A DNA stretch of 64,000 nucleotides from Eledone cirrhosa (GCA_964016885.1 OZ024762.1:1116001-1180000); one strand, 5' to 3'. Shown: positions 13,270 to 26,286, numbered from the stretch's first letter. Numbers and translations: made by a program. The notes: generated by a model from the sequence alone, not told the origin.

Positions 13270-13845
13270 ATGGCGAACGATCCGTTTCTTAATAATGTTG
13301 ACGATGATTTTAAACTAAATAAAAAAAGCCAGGCATTGAAACCGAACCAACCCGAGTATGAACTGATATTAACGACTAGAGGCGGCCAACTTTTGGCCTT
13401 AAATGGTTATTTATTTCGACTTAACTATAAACGTAAAGACAGAATTTACTGGAAATGCAGAACGTTGGGTTGTCTCTCGAGTGCGATTATGTCTAGCGAA
13501 AAAAAACTAATTTCGTTTAGGGAAAACCACAACCACAACAACGATAGGTCTTCGATACGTAACAGGTCGACTTATAGAACTTCAAAGCGAATATCATCAT
13601 CTAGGCCGACGAAACGAGCACCTAAGATCTCAACGGTTGAAGGGTTTCTCTCAAAATTTCCACAGGGTGACCCACAAAATATTCATGCTATCCTACCGTC
13701 GGAACATACCATCAAGACAGAGATTTTCGCAGCTGGTATAAACTGTGCTTATGAATCTCTGGCCTCGTCTTATTTATCTGGAATTCCCTGGGATGCAGCA
13801 GCACCCCAACAAATTGCGACCATAACTGATATCAAGTTTGGCAAG
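13270..13845 (+). CDS. Variable exon B: FLYWCH-type zinc finger (Mutator/MULE-related)
   Basis: TTRGGQLLALNGYLFRLNYKRKDRIYWKCRTLGCLSSAIMSSEKKLISFRENHNH has the L/Y-F/W-x-C/C/H-x-H pattern. Ends at phase-0 donor AAG|gtatgt (13845/13846). Confidence 0.85.
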
Positions 13846-14719
13846 GTATGTCTAAACCATTTATCAGAAAGAGGGGCCCCACTCCCCTTTATGGTGGTAC
13901 CATTGTTGTTGTCTCATGTTTTTGTTTTTTGTAAATATTTTAATGTTTCACTTGTAGAATTCGGTGCTTTGCAGGTGAAAGTTGTTTTTTTTTAAATCGC
14001 CAAAGATTGTTTTTATTCAAATGAGAAAGTTTTTGTTAACTAATGATACACGGATTTGACATCCTTAAATAATTTATATATATATATATATATATAAAAG
14101 ATCTATATTTTAACTTCGATTAATTTCCTATTTCAAAACAGTTCGATGTCTGTACCTTTCAACATTATAACTTGCAGAAGATTTCACATTAATGTTAACA
14201 CGAATGTAGAAAATATGGGATTTTCGTGTAAGGTGTGTGTATTGTTTTATAAAGTACCAGTAATACACTGGAGTCAATTTAATTGACTTTCCCCTACACA
14301 AAAAATTGTTGGCTTTGTGCCTAAATCAGAAACAATTATTATTATTATTATTATATTTTCATTGTTAAATTAGTCTTGCCATTGTGCACTTTTACTCGAC
14401 CTTATTGTAAACCCCCACTGTCCCTGTCTTTGTATTGTCCCCTACATGTCGGCCCTTGTGGCTAATAAATGAAATCATTATTATTATTATTATTATTTCT
14501 GAGACTGTGGGGTTAAGGAGTAACCACGTGTTCAGTCCCACTGAGTGGCACCTTGGGCAAGTTCCTTTCATTTATAGCTTTGGGTGAACGGATCAAACAA
14601 CTGCTGAAAAGGGTAAACAAAAAAACATCCAGAAATAAACAAACCTCTATGTGGTTGATTGACCTGCTAAAAATAGCTGCCAAATGTTTATATTTACCTA
14701 AAAAAAAAAAACCTTCCAT

Positions 14720-15197
14720 CATAATTTTATTTAAGGATCTATGTTAAGTTATGTTCCAAACAGCAGTCTAAAAATGAGAAAGTTAATTATATTTACTAAA
14801 TCCTTCCAAATTCTTGATTATTTTTCAAAATTATTCAAAAATTTTAAGAAAGTCTTTCATTAGAAATATGGTAACGAAAGGGTTAGTGTTTATATTTAAA
14901 ATCATGGTTTTATATAAGAACTTTTCTTAAGTTATGTTCCAAACTACTAAATCCTTTCAAATTCTTCCTCTATTTTCAAAAATTATTTGGAAATTTTAAA
15001 GCAGTTTTTCATTAAGAATATGGTAAAGAAAATTTATATTTATTTAAAAAGCACCATTAAATTATGTTCCAAACACCAACTAAAAACGAGAAAGTTAATT
15101 ATATTTAATAAATCCTTCCAAAATTCTTGATTATTTCCAAAATTATTTGAAAATTATAAAAAGTCTCTCATTAGAAATATGGTAACGAAAGGTTAAA
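14720..15197. repeat. About three diverged tandem copies of an AT-rich dispersed repeat
   Basis: ttatgttccaaac...aaatccttccaaattcttg...aatatggtaacgaaagg recurs three times. Confidence 0.6.
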
Positions 15198-16251
15198 CCT
15201 GAGAAAGTTAAGGAGAACGATAAAAAACCAGCCCAGCATTTAAAGGTGTGTGGCATTGCTATAAAGTTATAAGGTTTCTACCAAGGTGGCCGTTTATATA
15301 TAGTAACTGCTGTTCTATTAAGAAACAGTAGACGGCATTATAGAGCAATTTAAAGGCCGAGAGAGAAATATACATGTGTGTGTCTGTTTAGCTATCTAGT
15401 GTCCGTGTGTCCGTCTCCTTTTTATATATTTTCTCTCTAAATAGATGTGTACTAGCGGAATGGCCCGGCGTTGCTCGGGATTCTAAACATAGATTGGCAT
15501 GTTTATTCCTCTTTTCTGAAACATTACAGAGAAGTACGGAATACTTCGGCCTGGGGATGGTGTCTACATTTTGTGCTTACAAAAAAAATTTGTTGTAGAT
15601 TACCAGGGGTTTAACTTAATTGGGTGCCTGAGAGTAAAATGTTCAACCCACGAAAGCCAAGATGATAGGGTTAAGTAAAAAGGCATTCGACAAACCGAAC
15701 ATGTATTTGTTGTGCTATGGTACAATGAAAGCAATAGTTACAGAGCAGTAAGCATGTCGGACTGCAGTGGTGGAGAGCATGAAGGAATTTAGTTGGATAC
15801 TTTTAAGGTTACAGGCCCTAATGCAACCAAAATGCTAAACAATGCGGTTCCCGGGCAAAAATTTGAAATCCTTTTCAGTCAAGAAAATTTGTGAAACATA
15901 AGTAATCCATATGCAAAGTTTTTAAAAAATCGGTTGGGTACTTCTCGAGTTACAGGCCCTAATGCAACCAAAATGCTTAAAAAAAATTGGCTTTTCGCCT
16001 AATATATGGTTTCGATCATACTGTGAACACACTGAGTTCTAACTACAATATAGACCCTACTGCGAAAGGTAAACCACATTGAATATATATATATATATAT
16101 ACATATATATATACATACATATAGGAAAAAGTATGACCCCTTTTTCCTATTTCCAACTCTACTACCCTAAGTATTGAGTACTCTGGTGTGTTATGGTCCA
16201 TCTGGTTCCTTACCACAATTCCTTTGTTATACATATATATATATATATGTA

Positions 16252-16292
<41 letters not shown>

Positions 16293-16381
16293 TACGGTTC
16301 TGTTCAAATCATTTATTCGCTTACAATTGTTTCTTCCAAACCAAGGTTTGGAGTCTTCGGAGCAATTTTTTCAATGATTAT

Positions 16382-16880
16382 TTACATACATGACCTCCTT
16401 TTCAACACAAGAGACATACAGAAACATATGTATATATTGATGCACAGTGGGTTGACATCCATTATAATATTTAAGCATGGCAGTTTACATTCAAAGATTA
16501 AAGTCATATTAAAATGGCTGCGACTGTGGCTCCCGAGACCAGTTTTGCTCAAGTACATCTTTCCACACTCAGGGCACACCAATTCAATGGAGACGCTGAG
16601 CATTTCGAGAGATACACCGGGGCATTGCTTACACACATCCCGTTTGATCTTCTCGTGCTTTATGCATCTGTTCTCAAAATTATGGACCCCATCATTCACC
16701 ATTCCCCGCCAAGTTTCTCTTTCAAGAGCTTCTATCTCCCACTCAGTCATCATCAAACCACTTTTTTTTACACAATCCTTGAATCGGAGCCTTGGCTTGT
16801 GAGGTGGTCCCTTACCCTCACAAAGTCCGCCATACAAAAGTTGTTTTGGGAGTCGATCATCCTCCATTCTGCAGAGGTGT
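16382..16880 (-). mobile_element. 3' fragment of an RTE-clade LINE ORF with C-terminal C2H2 finger
   Basis: RMEDDRLPKQLLYG...GPPHKPRLRFKDCVKK...WE..A..R..WR...CPECGKMYLSKTGLGSHSRSH. Confidence 0.8.
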
Positions 16881-16914
16881 CCGGTTCAACACCCTTGGTG
16901 GATGATACTCTCAA

Positions 16915-16944
<30 letters not shown>

Positions 16945-16945
<1 letters not shown>

Positions 16946-18283
16946 CATCATCATCATCATCATCATCAGGTTTAGCGTCCGTGTTCCACGTTTGCATGGG
17001 TTTGGACGGGGGTAGTCCCACTTGAGGCAAGAGTGATTGTCTTGCTCGCATAGGACTGTCTGGCGGGTTTTCTACAGCTGGATGCCCTTCCTAACACCAA
17101 CCACATTTACAGTGTGGGGCTGGGAGGTTTTTACCGTGTTGCCTACACGGCCACATTACAGCGTGGACTGTGTGTTTTTTGTCGTGACACCTACACGATC
17201 TCATTTGTTTCGGCCTGGATGTTGTGGGACCAACATAACTTTACATAGAAGGGGGCGGTGTGGATGGGGTGGAGGTGGTGGGACGGGGGTGTGTTTTGAT
17301 AGAGATGCCTACTGACTGTAGTAGGTTTTTACTTTGTATTTAGGTAAGGCGGGTCTTCTCTATTACTGAGTACCGCCAAAGGTCTCGGTCCAGTGACATT
17401 GTCTTGGAGAGGTGTAAGCGTGTGAGGTCGGAATTTATCAGCTCGTCCCATGTTTTTCTGGGTCTGCCTACTCCGTGGCTACCGTCTATCTTTATTGCCC
17501 TGCACTTTGTTATACAGCTGTCGTCTTTCATGCGCATCACGTGACCCTACCAACGTAGCCTTCTCTCGAGTAAACAACATCTGATCCCTCTTATTTCTAA
17601 TTTTTTTTTTCCTTAGTTCGTTTATGCTTTGCCGTTCACGTATATTACTATTGCACATCCAGCGGAGCATGCAAGCTTCGTTCCTCTCTAGTCTGCGTAT
17701 ATCCTCTGCACACAATGCCCAGGTCTCACTGCCATGCAGCATTGCTGTTCGTATGCAGGCATCGTATAACCTGCCTTTCATTTTTAGGGAGAACCCTCTA
17801 GCAGCTAATAGTGGTATAAGCTCTCTGAACTTTTTCCATCCAGTTCTGACTCTAGCTACTGTACTTTCAGAGCACCCTCCCCCACTGCTGATTTTGTCAC
17901 CCAGATAACGGAAGCTGTCCACTATTTCTATAGAACCCTCTGCGCAGTTGAAGGAGCTAGTATTTTGTGGGCACTTGCTGCTACTTATTGCACCAGAGCA
18001 CCGGCCACATGTAAAATCTATGTTCTTAGTTAGCTTACCTGTGATCCCACTACATCTTTTATGCACCCATACTTTGCATTTGGGACATAAAATGGAGTTT
18101 CTACCTACGCCTTTCCTACACATTGAGCATGGCCATTTCCCAGATGGGACCGCCGCCTTATTTTCTTTCCTACAAACTAGAACCTTAGTCTTAGCCAGGT
18201 TAATTTTAAGGCCTTTTGATTCTAGGCCGTGCTTCCATGTTTGGAATTTCTTTTCTAGTTCGGTCATTGATTCAGCTATGAGC
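16945..18283 (-). mobile_element. 5'-truncated RTE-like LINE (RT C-terminus with Cys-rich insert, 3' UTR and (ATG)n tail)
   Basis: [12 protein letters not shown]...[31 protein letters not shown]...[11 protein letters not shown]...KGRLYDACIRTAMLHGSETW. Frameshift at the poly-T near 17600, then GRPRKTWDE. (CAT)n at 16945-16968. Confidence 0.9.
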
Positions 18284-18342
18284 TATATATATATATATAT
18301 ACACATATATATATATATATATACACATATATATATATATAT

Positions 18343-18381
<39 letters not shown>

Positions 18382-18388
18382 TATATAT

Positions 18389-18460
<72 letters not shown>

Positions 18461-18520
18461 GTATATATATAGATATAAATATACATTTAACATGGAAGAT
18501 AGACGTTAAACGATGATGAC

Positions 18521-18593
<73 letters not shown>

Positions 18594-18889
18594 AAAGAAA
18601 AGAGTCATGACCCCGACGGCTGAGCTCCGCCTGTTTCAACAGCCAGATCCGAACTATATAATATATATATATATATATATCAATGAAAAATTCGAGGCCA
18701 TATTGATTTGGTTCAGGTTTATTTAAAATCTGTTATATATTTCCCTAGTCGTTGAGCTCTTTCTCTTAACTACTTCACAACCGACAGACCATTATATAGT
18801 CCACACATCCTTATTTAGTTAACCTCTTACTATAAATATAGTAATAGTAATAAATGTGAAGACTAAAATCCGAAGAGAGCTCAATAAGG

Positions 18890-18931
<42 letters not shown>

Positions 18932-19010
18932 TATAAAAACTGTAGACCAAATATTTAAAATAACAGATTAAAGTTTAAGCAAAGAATCGCTGCTTTCACC
19001 CTTAATGGGA

Positions 19011-19049
<39 letters not shown>

Positions 19050-19087
19050 TTGCAAAGATTTTGATAGAAATCATGTGTTGAAACAAA

Positions 19088-19287
19088 TATTGTTATATCT
19101 GGGCGGTCACAATGTTATAATATTGCCAGAAATATATAATAAAACACACTCTGATTGGCAGCTAAATTAACTAGAGGGATATAAAATATACAGGAGTGAA
19201 AACCGACCCAAACCAAACAGTGACTGTGTTTTATTATATATTTCTGGTAATATTATAACAATATGACCCTCCCCAAATATAACAATA
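19088..19287. mobile_element. Palindromic MITE-like element
   Basis: Arms tattgttatat...ccagaaatatataataaaacac and gtgttttattatatatttctgg...atataacaata are reverse complements. Confidence 0.6.
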
Positions 19288-19572
19288 GATATATATGTAT
19301 GTAAAAGGTGTAACTATATATATATATATAATGGAGGTGAGGTAAGGAACCAGATGGACCATAACGCACCAGAGTACTCAATACTTAGGGTAGTAGAGTG
19401 GGTAATAGGAAAATGTTTGACCCCCGACAGCAGAGCTCAAGCCATTTCGACGGCTATTTCAGTCCAGAAATGGCCTAAGCTCTGCTGTCGGGGTCAAACA
19501 TTTTCCTATATATAAATATATATATACCAAGATAATAATAAATGATGGAAACTATATTTATAAAACCATATT

Positions 19573-19637
19573 TATTTTATTATATATATTTCAAGGGCGA
19601 CCAAGCAAAACTTGGTGCGCTTTCATCAGATAAAATA
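19573..19637 (-). ncRNA. Minimal type I hammerhead ribozyme motif (degenerate paralogue at 5503-5559, minus)
   Basis: Minus strand TATTTTAT-CTGATGA-AAGCGCACCAAG/TTTTG/CTTGGTCGCCCTT-GAAA-TATATA-TA-ATAAAATA, with an 8-bp perfect stem I. Confidence 0.7.
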
Positions 19638-19943
19638 CAAAATTTGTTTAATAAACAATGACATACACATGGAAATCACACCTTAACGGTCTGAAGATTC
19701 GCTTCCCTGGCTTACTCACTTTGTTCGCTTGTCCTGCATCTCATACACATTGAGGACACTGTCCCCCTCACTACTGGCTTAGAATTCTCAGAACTAATCA
19801 CATATTTCTCCTCTACGATTAGTTAATATACATACTTTTTGATATAATATATCTATATATATATATATATATATTTATTTATTTAGGTCTCTGATTTTCA
19901 GCCCCATGGATTTTGTCTATTATATTTCTTTGTTATATTTCGA

Positions 19944-20001
19944 ATACCTGATGATGTCACCGGATTCATACTGTACCCGGTCACTGAAATGATCATAGTA
20001 T
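19944..20001 (+). ncRNA. Minimal hammerhead ribozyme motif, probably impaired
   Basis: ATAC-CTGATGA-TGTcACCGG...CCGGTcACT-GAAA-TGATCA-TA-GTAT; the base of stem II is a U-U mismatch. Confidence 0.55.
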
Positions 20002-20045
20002 AACAAACCTTTTAAGGAATTACACCAGTCCAGCCTCCTGTTATT

Positions 20046-20083
<38 letters not shown>

Positions 20084-20360
20084 GATAGATAGAGAGAGAG
20101 AGAGAGAGAGATGTTTACATATCTCTCTACCTACTCTGAGTTCTCTCAACATTAGTGGTTTCCCTCGTCTCAGTATCACAGATATTCTATATATATAATA
20201 TATTATAATATATGTTGTTCTGAGCCACTTTCACATTTGCCAACTAACCAATGGTGTAAGACTAACCTTAAAAAAAAAAAGTAGGCCACTGTAGTTATAA
20301 ATTAATCAGTTTTTTTAATCTAATACACTCATTATTTAACATAGATATTTTATTTTCTTG

Positions 20361-20391
<31 letters not shown>

Positions 20392-22961
20392 AACAAATAA
20401 GAGTTTCTTTAGTCCATCCCGTTATTGAACAAAAAAAATATATATATATTTACACATATACGTATATATATATAAATTTACGTATGTTATATGTGAAGCC
20501 ACATGGCCTGATCGTTAGGATGGTTGCCGTACGATCGTAATGTCGTCGGTTCAATTCCTGGGCAGGCTGCTGTGTTGTGTTCTCGAGCCAAACACTTTAT
20601 TTCACGATGCTTCAGTACACTCAGCTGTGAGTGAGTACCAGCTGTAGCTGGGGAGTTAACCCTGCGATAGACCGGCGTCCTGTCCAGGGAGAGTATTGTT
20701 GTACTCTCAGTCGCTTAACGCCATGGAAACCGGGATAAGCACCGGCCTGATGAGCCTTCGGCTTGGAAGACTTTAACTTTTTCATATACATAATAATACT
20801 TCATGTTTGAGTGCATATATATGACTTTAAATCCTTAAAATAGACAGTTGTGTCAAAGGCATGACAACCTCTCCTGTTCATTCAGTGGAGTATCGAGCGT
20901 ACATGAAACCAGATGCCTGGCCTGCTTGGGAGATCAGTACTGACTTGGTCTATGTAAACCTCTCCAATCCTTGCTAGCAGATGTTAAAACGACAACGATG
21001 ATGATGATGATGATGAAAGACCTGCGTTCTAACCCTACACTTAAGTAAATAGTTATTTCTCCTAAATTGCTGATACATTTAATCCTTTTATGTAATTTTG
21101 TTGCTGCAGATAGTCACTACTTCTCCGAATTGAGAGATCACAGCTCTGATACTATGGACATGTGGTGAGAATGTCTCTGGGGAGAATCGCTGGACAGATT
21201 TTATGTGAAAAACCAACCGGCAGTAAACTCAGGGGTAGACCCTGAGCAAGATGGTTGGATAACATCCATCAGCTTGGCTGGTCATGCTTGGGGATGCAGG
21301 CAGATCCGTTGGAGACAGTTGCTTCTGACACGACCCACTAGAAGGAATAAATGGGCAAAAAAGATGTATGTGTATGTATATATATATAGATATATAGGAA
21401 CAAGTAGGACCCCGATGGCTGAGCTCAAGCCGTTTCGACAGCTAATTCTGGACTCAGCCGTCGGGGATCCTACTTGTTCCTATTACCCACTCTACTACCC
21501 TAAGTATTGAGTACTTTGGTGCATTATGGTCCATCTGGTTCCTTACCACTTTTCCTTCGTTATATATATATATATATAAAAGGAATAAACTGTAGTGTGC
21601 GGGAGAGAAGACTGCGTTGGTATGGACATGTGATGTGCATGAAAGATGTCAGCTGGGTGAAGAAGTGCCAAGAAATCCCGGTGGAAGGAAGACATAGTAG
21701 AGGAAGACCATGAAAAACATGGGCGGAGGTGATGAGAGCAGACCTCAGATCGCTGAGGCTCACAGAGGAGATGACGAAGGACCGTGACAAATGGAGAGAT
21801 GCTGTGCTGAATAGGACCCGTCCCACCCTTGCAAGCAGGGAAAAACGGACGTAAAATGATGATGATGGACTGGCGTCCTATCCAGGGGAAGTCTTGTACT
21901 TTCAGTCACTTCATGCCCCGGCCTGATGAGCTTCAGGGCTTGAGTCAGACTTTAAACTTGTAGATATATATGTGTGTAGTTTCTGTATACATTTGTGATC
22001 CTGTCTCTATTTTTGTACTCCTGAAGAAGGGCTGTAGCCTGACATGTCGCACTTTCTTTCCCCTTTAAAGTGTGAAACTAAGACTTTTTGTACCTCTGTT
22101 TCTTGTTTCCTTGAACTATATATATGTATATATATATATCCAGTCCAGCGTCCTGTTATTTTATAATAATTAACTCCGTACTCGCACCACCAACTACACT
22201 AACGAAGACGAGTGAGTTGCATTACGTTGAGTGCTCTCCATAATATTACATCCAGGTTGACCATACTGAGTGACCAGTTCTATCCAGTGGTCAACCAACA
22301 AACCTAAATATATATAGTTCTGTAGGAGCAAGATGCTCACCTGATCTAACACTGCCCATAACAGAACAACTCATCTACCTCTGCTAGATCAGAGCTCTTT
22401 TCCTATTTCCCACTCTACTACCCTAAGTATTGAGTACTCTGGTGCGTTATGGTCCACCTGCTTCCTTACCATACTTTCTTTGTTATATATATATATATAT
22501 ATGTGTGTGTGTCTGTGTCTGTATTTGTTGCGTGTGTGCCTATTTGTGCTGTCTATATGATCGTCAGTAAGCATCCCTGTATACCTGTGTGTTGGTTAGT
22601 CTCTAGTCTATACCATATATACAACATTTGAATTGGGATGCCCTCAGATGAGATTTTCGTTTTGTCTGACCAGGGCTGGAGATGGGTCTATAACATTAAT
22701 ATGGACTCGGAGCCAGCCATCCGTGAAACATGTGTAACTCAGTTTAATCAATGACAACCTTAATGTGAAACCTCATTTTGTTCTTAATATATATCTAATA
22801 TGTATGCATACATGTGTGCGTATATATATATATACGCATACATACATATATGTAAATATATACATGTGTGTGTATATATATACACTCACTCACATACACA
22901 TAAATATATAACATACACACACATATGCACATATGTATATATATATATGTATATATATATG

Positions 22962-22997
<36 letters not shown>

Positions 22998-23181
22998 TGT
23001 ATATATGTATGTATGGATATATGTATGGATGTATGGATATATATATATATATGTATATATATGTATTTGTATATATATGTAAATGATGATGTATATATAT
23101 ATGTATACATATATATATATATATAAATGAAAAGTATAGAAATTATTGTAGCAAGAAGCCAACAGTATTCCATAATATATA

Positions 23182-23740
23182 ACACACTATGTAAGCATTA
23201 TGGTGGACCGAGTCGTTAGAACGTCTCATAGAATGTTTTGTGTTCTTTACTCTGCTCTCTGAGTTCAAATCCTGCCGAGGTCAACTTTACCTTTCATCCT
23301 TTCGACGTCGATAAAAAAAGTGACAGTCTAGTACTGTGGTTGATTCTCTCTCTCCATCATCATCATAGTTTAACGTCCATCCTCCACGCTAGCATGGGTT
23401 TAGACGGGAATTGTCCCACTTGAGGCAAGCGTGGTTGTCCTGCTCGTATAGGACTGTCTGGCAGGTTTTCTACAGTTGGATGCCCTTCCTAACACCAACC
23501 ACGTTTACAGTGTGGGGCTGGGAGGTTTTTACCGTGTTGCCTACACGGCCACATTACAGCCTGGACTGTGTGTTTTTTTGTCGTGACACCTACACGACCT
23601 CATTTGTTTCGGACTGGATGTTGTGGTACCAACATAACTTCACACTGAAGGGGGTGGTGTGGATGGGGTGGGGGTAGTGGGACGGGGGTGTATTTTTGTT
23701 AGAGGTGCCTACTGACTGTAGGTTATATATATATCTCTCT

Positions 23741-23784
<44 letters not shown>

Positions 23785-23957
23785 AGAGAGAGAATCAACC
23801 ACAGTACTAGACTGTCACTTTTTTTTATCGACGTCGAAAGGATGAAAGGTAAAGTTGACCTCGGCAGGATTTGAACTCAGAGAGCAGAGTAAAGAACACA
23901 AAACATTCTATGAGACGTTCTAACGACTCTGTCCACCATAATGCTTACATAGTGTGT
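23182..23957. repeat. Near-perfect 176-bp inverted duplication of a SINE flanking an inserted LINE 3' UTR fragment
   Basis: 23182-23357 is the reverse complement of 23781-23957 (one mismatch seen). The loop resembles 16950-17325. Confidence 0.9.
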
Positions 23958-24601
23958 GTGTGTGCATAATTTCTCTGTCCCCCCTCTCTCTCTATATATA
24001 TGTGTGTGTGTATTTATATATATATATATATAAATACACATACAGGATGTCCCCCAAAAATATATACACACTTCCATAACCTTCTAATCAAAGTGTGTAT
24101 ATATTTTTGGGGACACCCTGTGTGTGTGTATATATATATATATATATTTATATGCATATATATAATTATATGCATATATATATATATATTAAACATAATA
24201 CGTACATGCACACACGCATTCTTTTATTGCTTACAGTCATTAGCCCGTGATCATGATGGGGCACCGTCTTTAAGGCATTCATTTAATCTCTCATATCGAA
24301 CCTGGATAATAAAATAATAATTTATAGTAATTTATAAAATATATATTTTTTAAAAAATCATCAATGAAATATATCGTTTAATTTTGTAGATATTGCTATT
24401 TGTATGAAAAAACAACAACAATCTAGGCTACAGTTAGTAGTTAAAGTTGTAGGCCTATATAAGATATAGAACAGCAGTAGCACCTAGAAAACATAGTTAT
24501 TTTCTTTTAAGAAGGAACTAATTCACCCCCTATCTTTCTCCACCCTTCTCTATGTCGACTAAACTAAAACTAAAACGACTTATGTTGCTATCTGAAGTTG
24601 G

Positions 24602-24936
24602 GCCGCCATTGGCGGAATGATCTTATTTATTTTATTTTTTTGTGTGAGTGAAGCGGTCAACCACATATATGGCTATAGTGATGTGTATGATAGACTGAGA
24701 GAGATAGTGGGAGCGGATGCTATCGACTATTAATTTTACTTCTATGGCTTTCATTAACAAACTCTAACTTGTCTGTTGCCAGAAATAAATCTCTATTTAA
24801 AAATTTGTAAACGGTGGGGAAAAAATCGTTGCAACTTGTCTAAAAAGCTGTAATATTTTGTTCGGCTTCTATAGTGTAGGGGCACTATGTCTTCTCGTAG
24901 TACTGTTCACTACGCATCTATGTTGCCGTGACGTCA
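24602..24936 (+). promoter_or_regulatory. Candidate promoter/5' region of the DUF3504 variable exon
   Basis: YY1-like GCCGCCATT at 24602 and a palindromic CRE TGACGTCA at 24929-24936, 40 nt before the ATG. In-frame stops lie upstream of the ORF. Confidence 0.45.
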
Positions 24937-24975
24937 CGCTACTAGAGCGTAGTGCCGTGCGGAAGAAGGTTACTA

Positions 24976-26286
24976 ATGGCTTCCAATCCACTAGATTCGT
25001 CGTCACCGACTCCTCCGCCGTGCACTTCTACTGCAAACTCTCTGCTTGCTAGCACTAACATTCCTCTACAATCGGCTGGAATTCTCCACGAAGATGTCCC
25101 CATATTGGTCATGCCCCCTCCATCGAAAGAACACCAGCAATATGACAGCAAGAAAACGAAAGAGGCCACCAAATATAGCGCGAAAATCTTCCGTGATTTC
25201 TGTCATAGCCGTGGCATCAATACTGCCATTGAAGATATGACCAAGAGTGACTTGGACGAACTGCTCTCTGACTTTTACATCAATGTCCGTACACAAGGCG
25301 GTCAGTTTTATAGTTTTTCATCGCTAGTTGCGCTTCGTCATGGATTAAACCGTTACCTGAAAACTGTGAACATCGTCAACGACCCGGCATTTCGTAAATC
25401 AAACATGTCTTTTAAAGTAGCTTTGAAACGGCTGAAGGAAGCTGGGAAAGGGTCGATCGAACACAAAGAGCCGATCAGTCAGACTGACATGGCTACGCTG
25501 TACTCACATAGTCAGGTTTTTAACCCTAACACACCGGAAGGCCTTCTAAATAAGGTCTGGTTCGAGATAACATTTTATTTCTTTCGTCGGGGACAGGAGA
25601 ACCAACGTTACCTCACCCCACACCATTTTGGTTTTGGCACAGACGAATACGGTCGAAAATATGTTTACAAACGGAAATCGTTGTCTCAGTTCACTAACGG
25701 GTGTAACATTGATTCGAACAGCTCCTCTTTGTCTCCAGACTCCAGTCGAAGTGCGAGGATGTATGCCACTGGAAATGCCGTGTGTCCAGTAGCCACATTC
25801 GAGCGATACCTTCGTAAGAGAAACCCACACGAGTTAGCTCTATTCCAGCATCCTCGGACCACATCTTTCCAGGACTCCATCTGGTATAATGCATCTCCCC
25901 TGGGGAAAGAAGCTTTGTCTACTATGATGAAAAGAATAGCACTGACGGCGAAACTCTCTCGTGTTTATACAAACCACTGCATCCGTGCTACTGCCAAGTT
26001 CGTCCTGTTTCAGGTGTTCGATGCATTTCAGTTCGATCCACAACAAGGCACCAGCAGTTCTCTAACCACACCATCTCAATCGATGGCTTTGCCAGGTATC
26101 AGTTCGATATCTGGTCTAAACACCCTCTCGTCCCACGATATACAACAGGCCGCCCACGATACAAATGTGACCCCGTTAAGTTACAACCCTCATCCGTCTG
26201 GCCTCCGTGTCTCTATGGTACAGTCCGAAAGTGACAATACATTCGCCCACCTGCCTAATTTAAGTGAAATAGCTCTAAACAGACAG
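24976..26286 (+). CDS. Variable exon C: Crypton-derived DUF3504 / tyrosine-recombinase-like domain (KCTD1/ZMYM/QRICH1/KIAA1958-like), catalytically incomplete
   Basis: LDELLSDFYINVRTQGGQFYSFSSLVALRHGLNRYL...TPEGLLNKVWF...FFRRGQENQRYL...CPVATFERYLRKR...WYNASPLGKEALSTMMK...YTNHCIRATA, then an S/T/P-rich linker. Phase-0 donor CAG|gtaagt (26286/26287). Confidence 0.88.

Noticed and set aside
20740-20780. CTGATGAG in SINE tails (also near 21923) as hammerheads
   Set aside because: No correctly placed downstream GAAA/stem III/UH; it is part of the SINE 3' consensus.
21090-21135. Strong-looking acceptor ttgttgctgcag as an extra exon
   Set aside because: It runs straight into a dispersed repeat with a phase-0 stop after seven codons.
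10203-26286. Single mRNA chaining HHCC + FLYWCH + DUF3504 + BTB
   Set aside because: The FLYWCH acceptor (13257) is out of phase with the phase-0 donor and hits a stop. Acceptors at 24875, 24880 and 24901 run into stops. Only a weak AG at 24945 would be in frame, so this is disfavoured but not strictly excluded.
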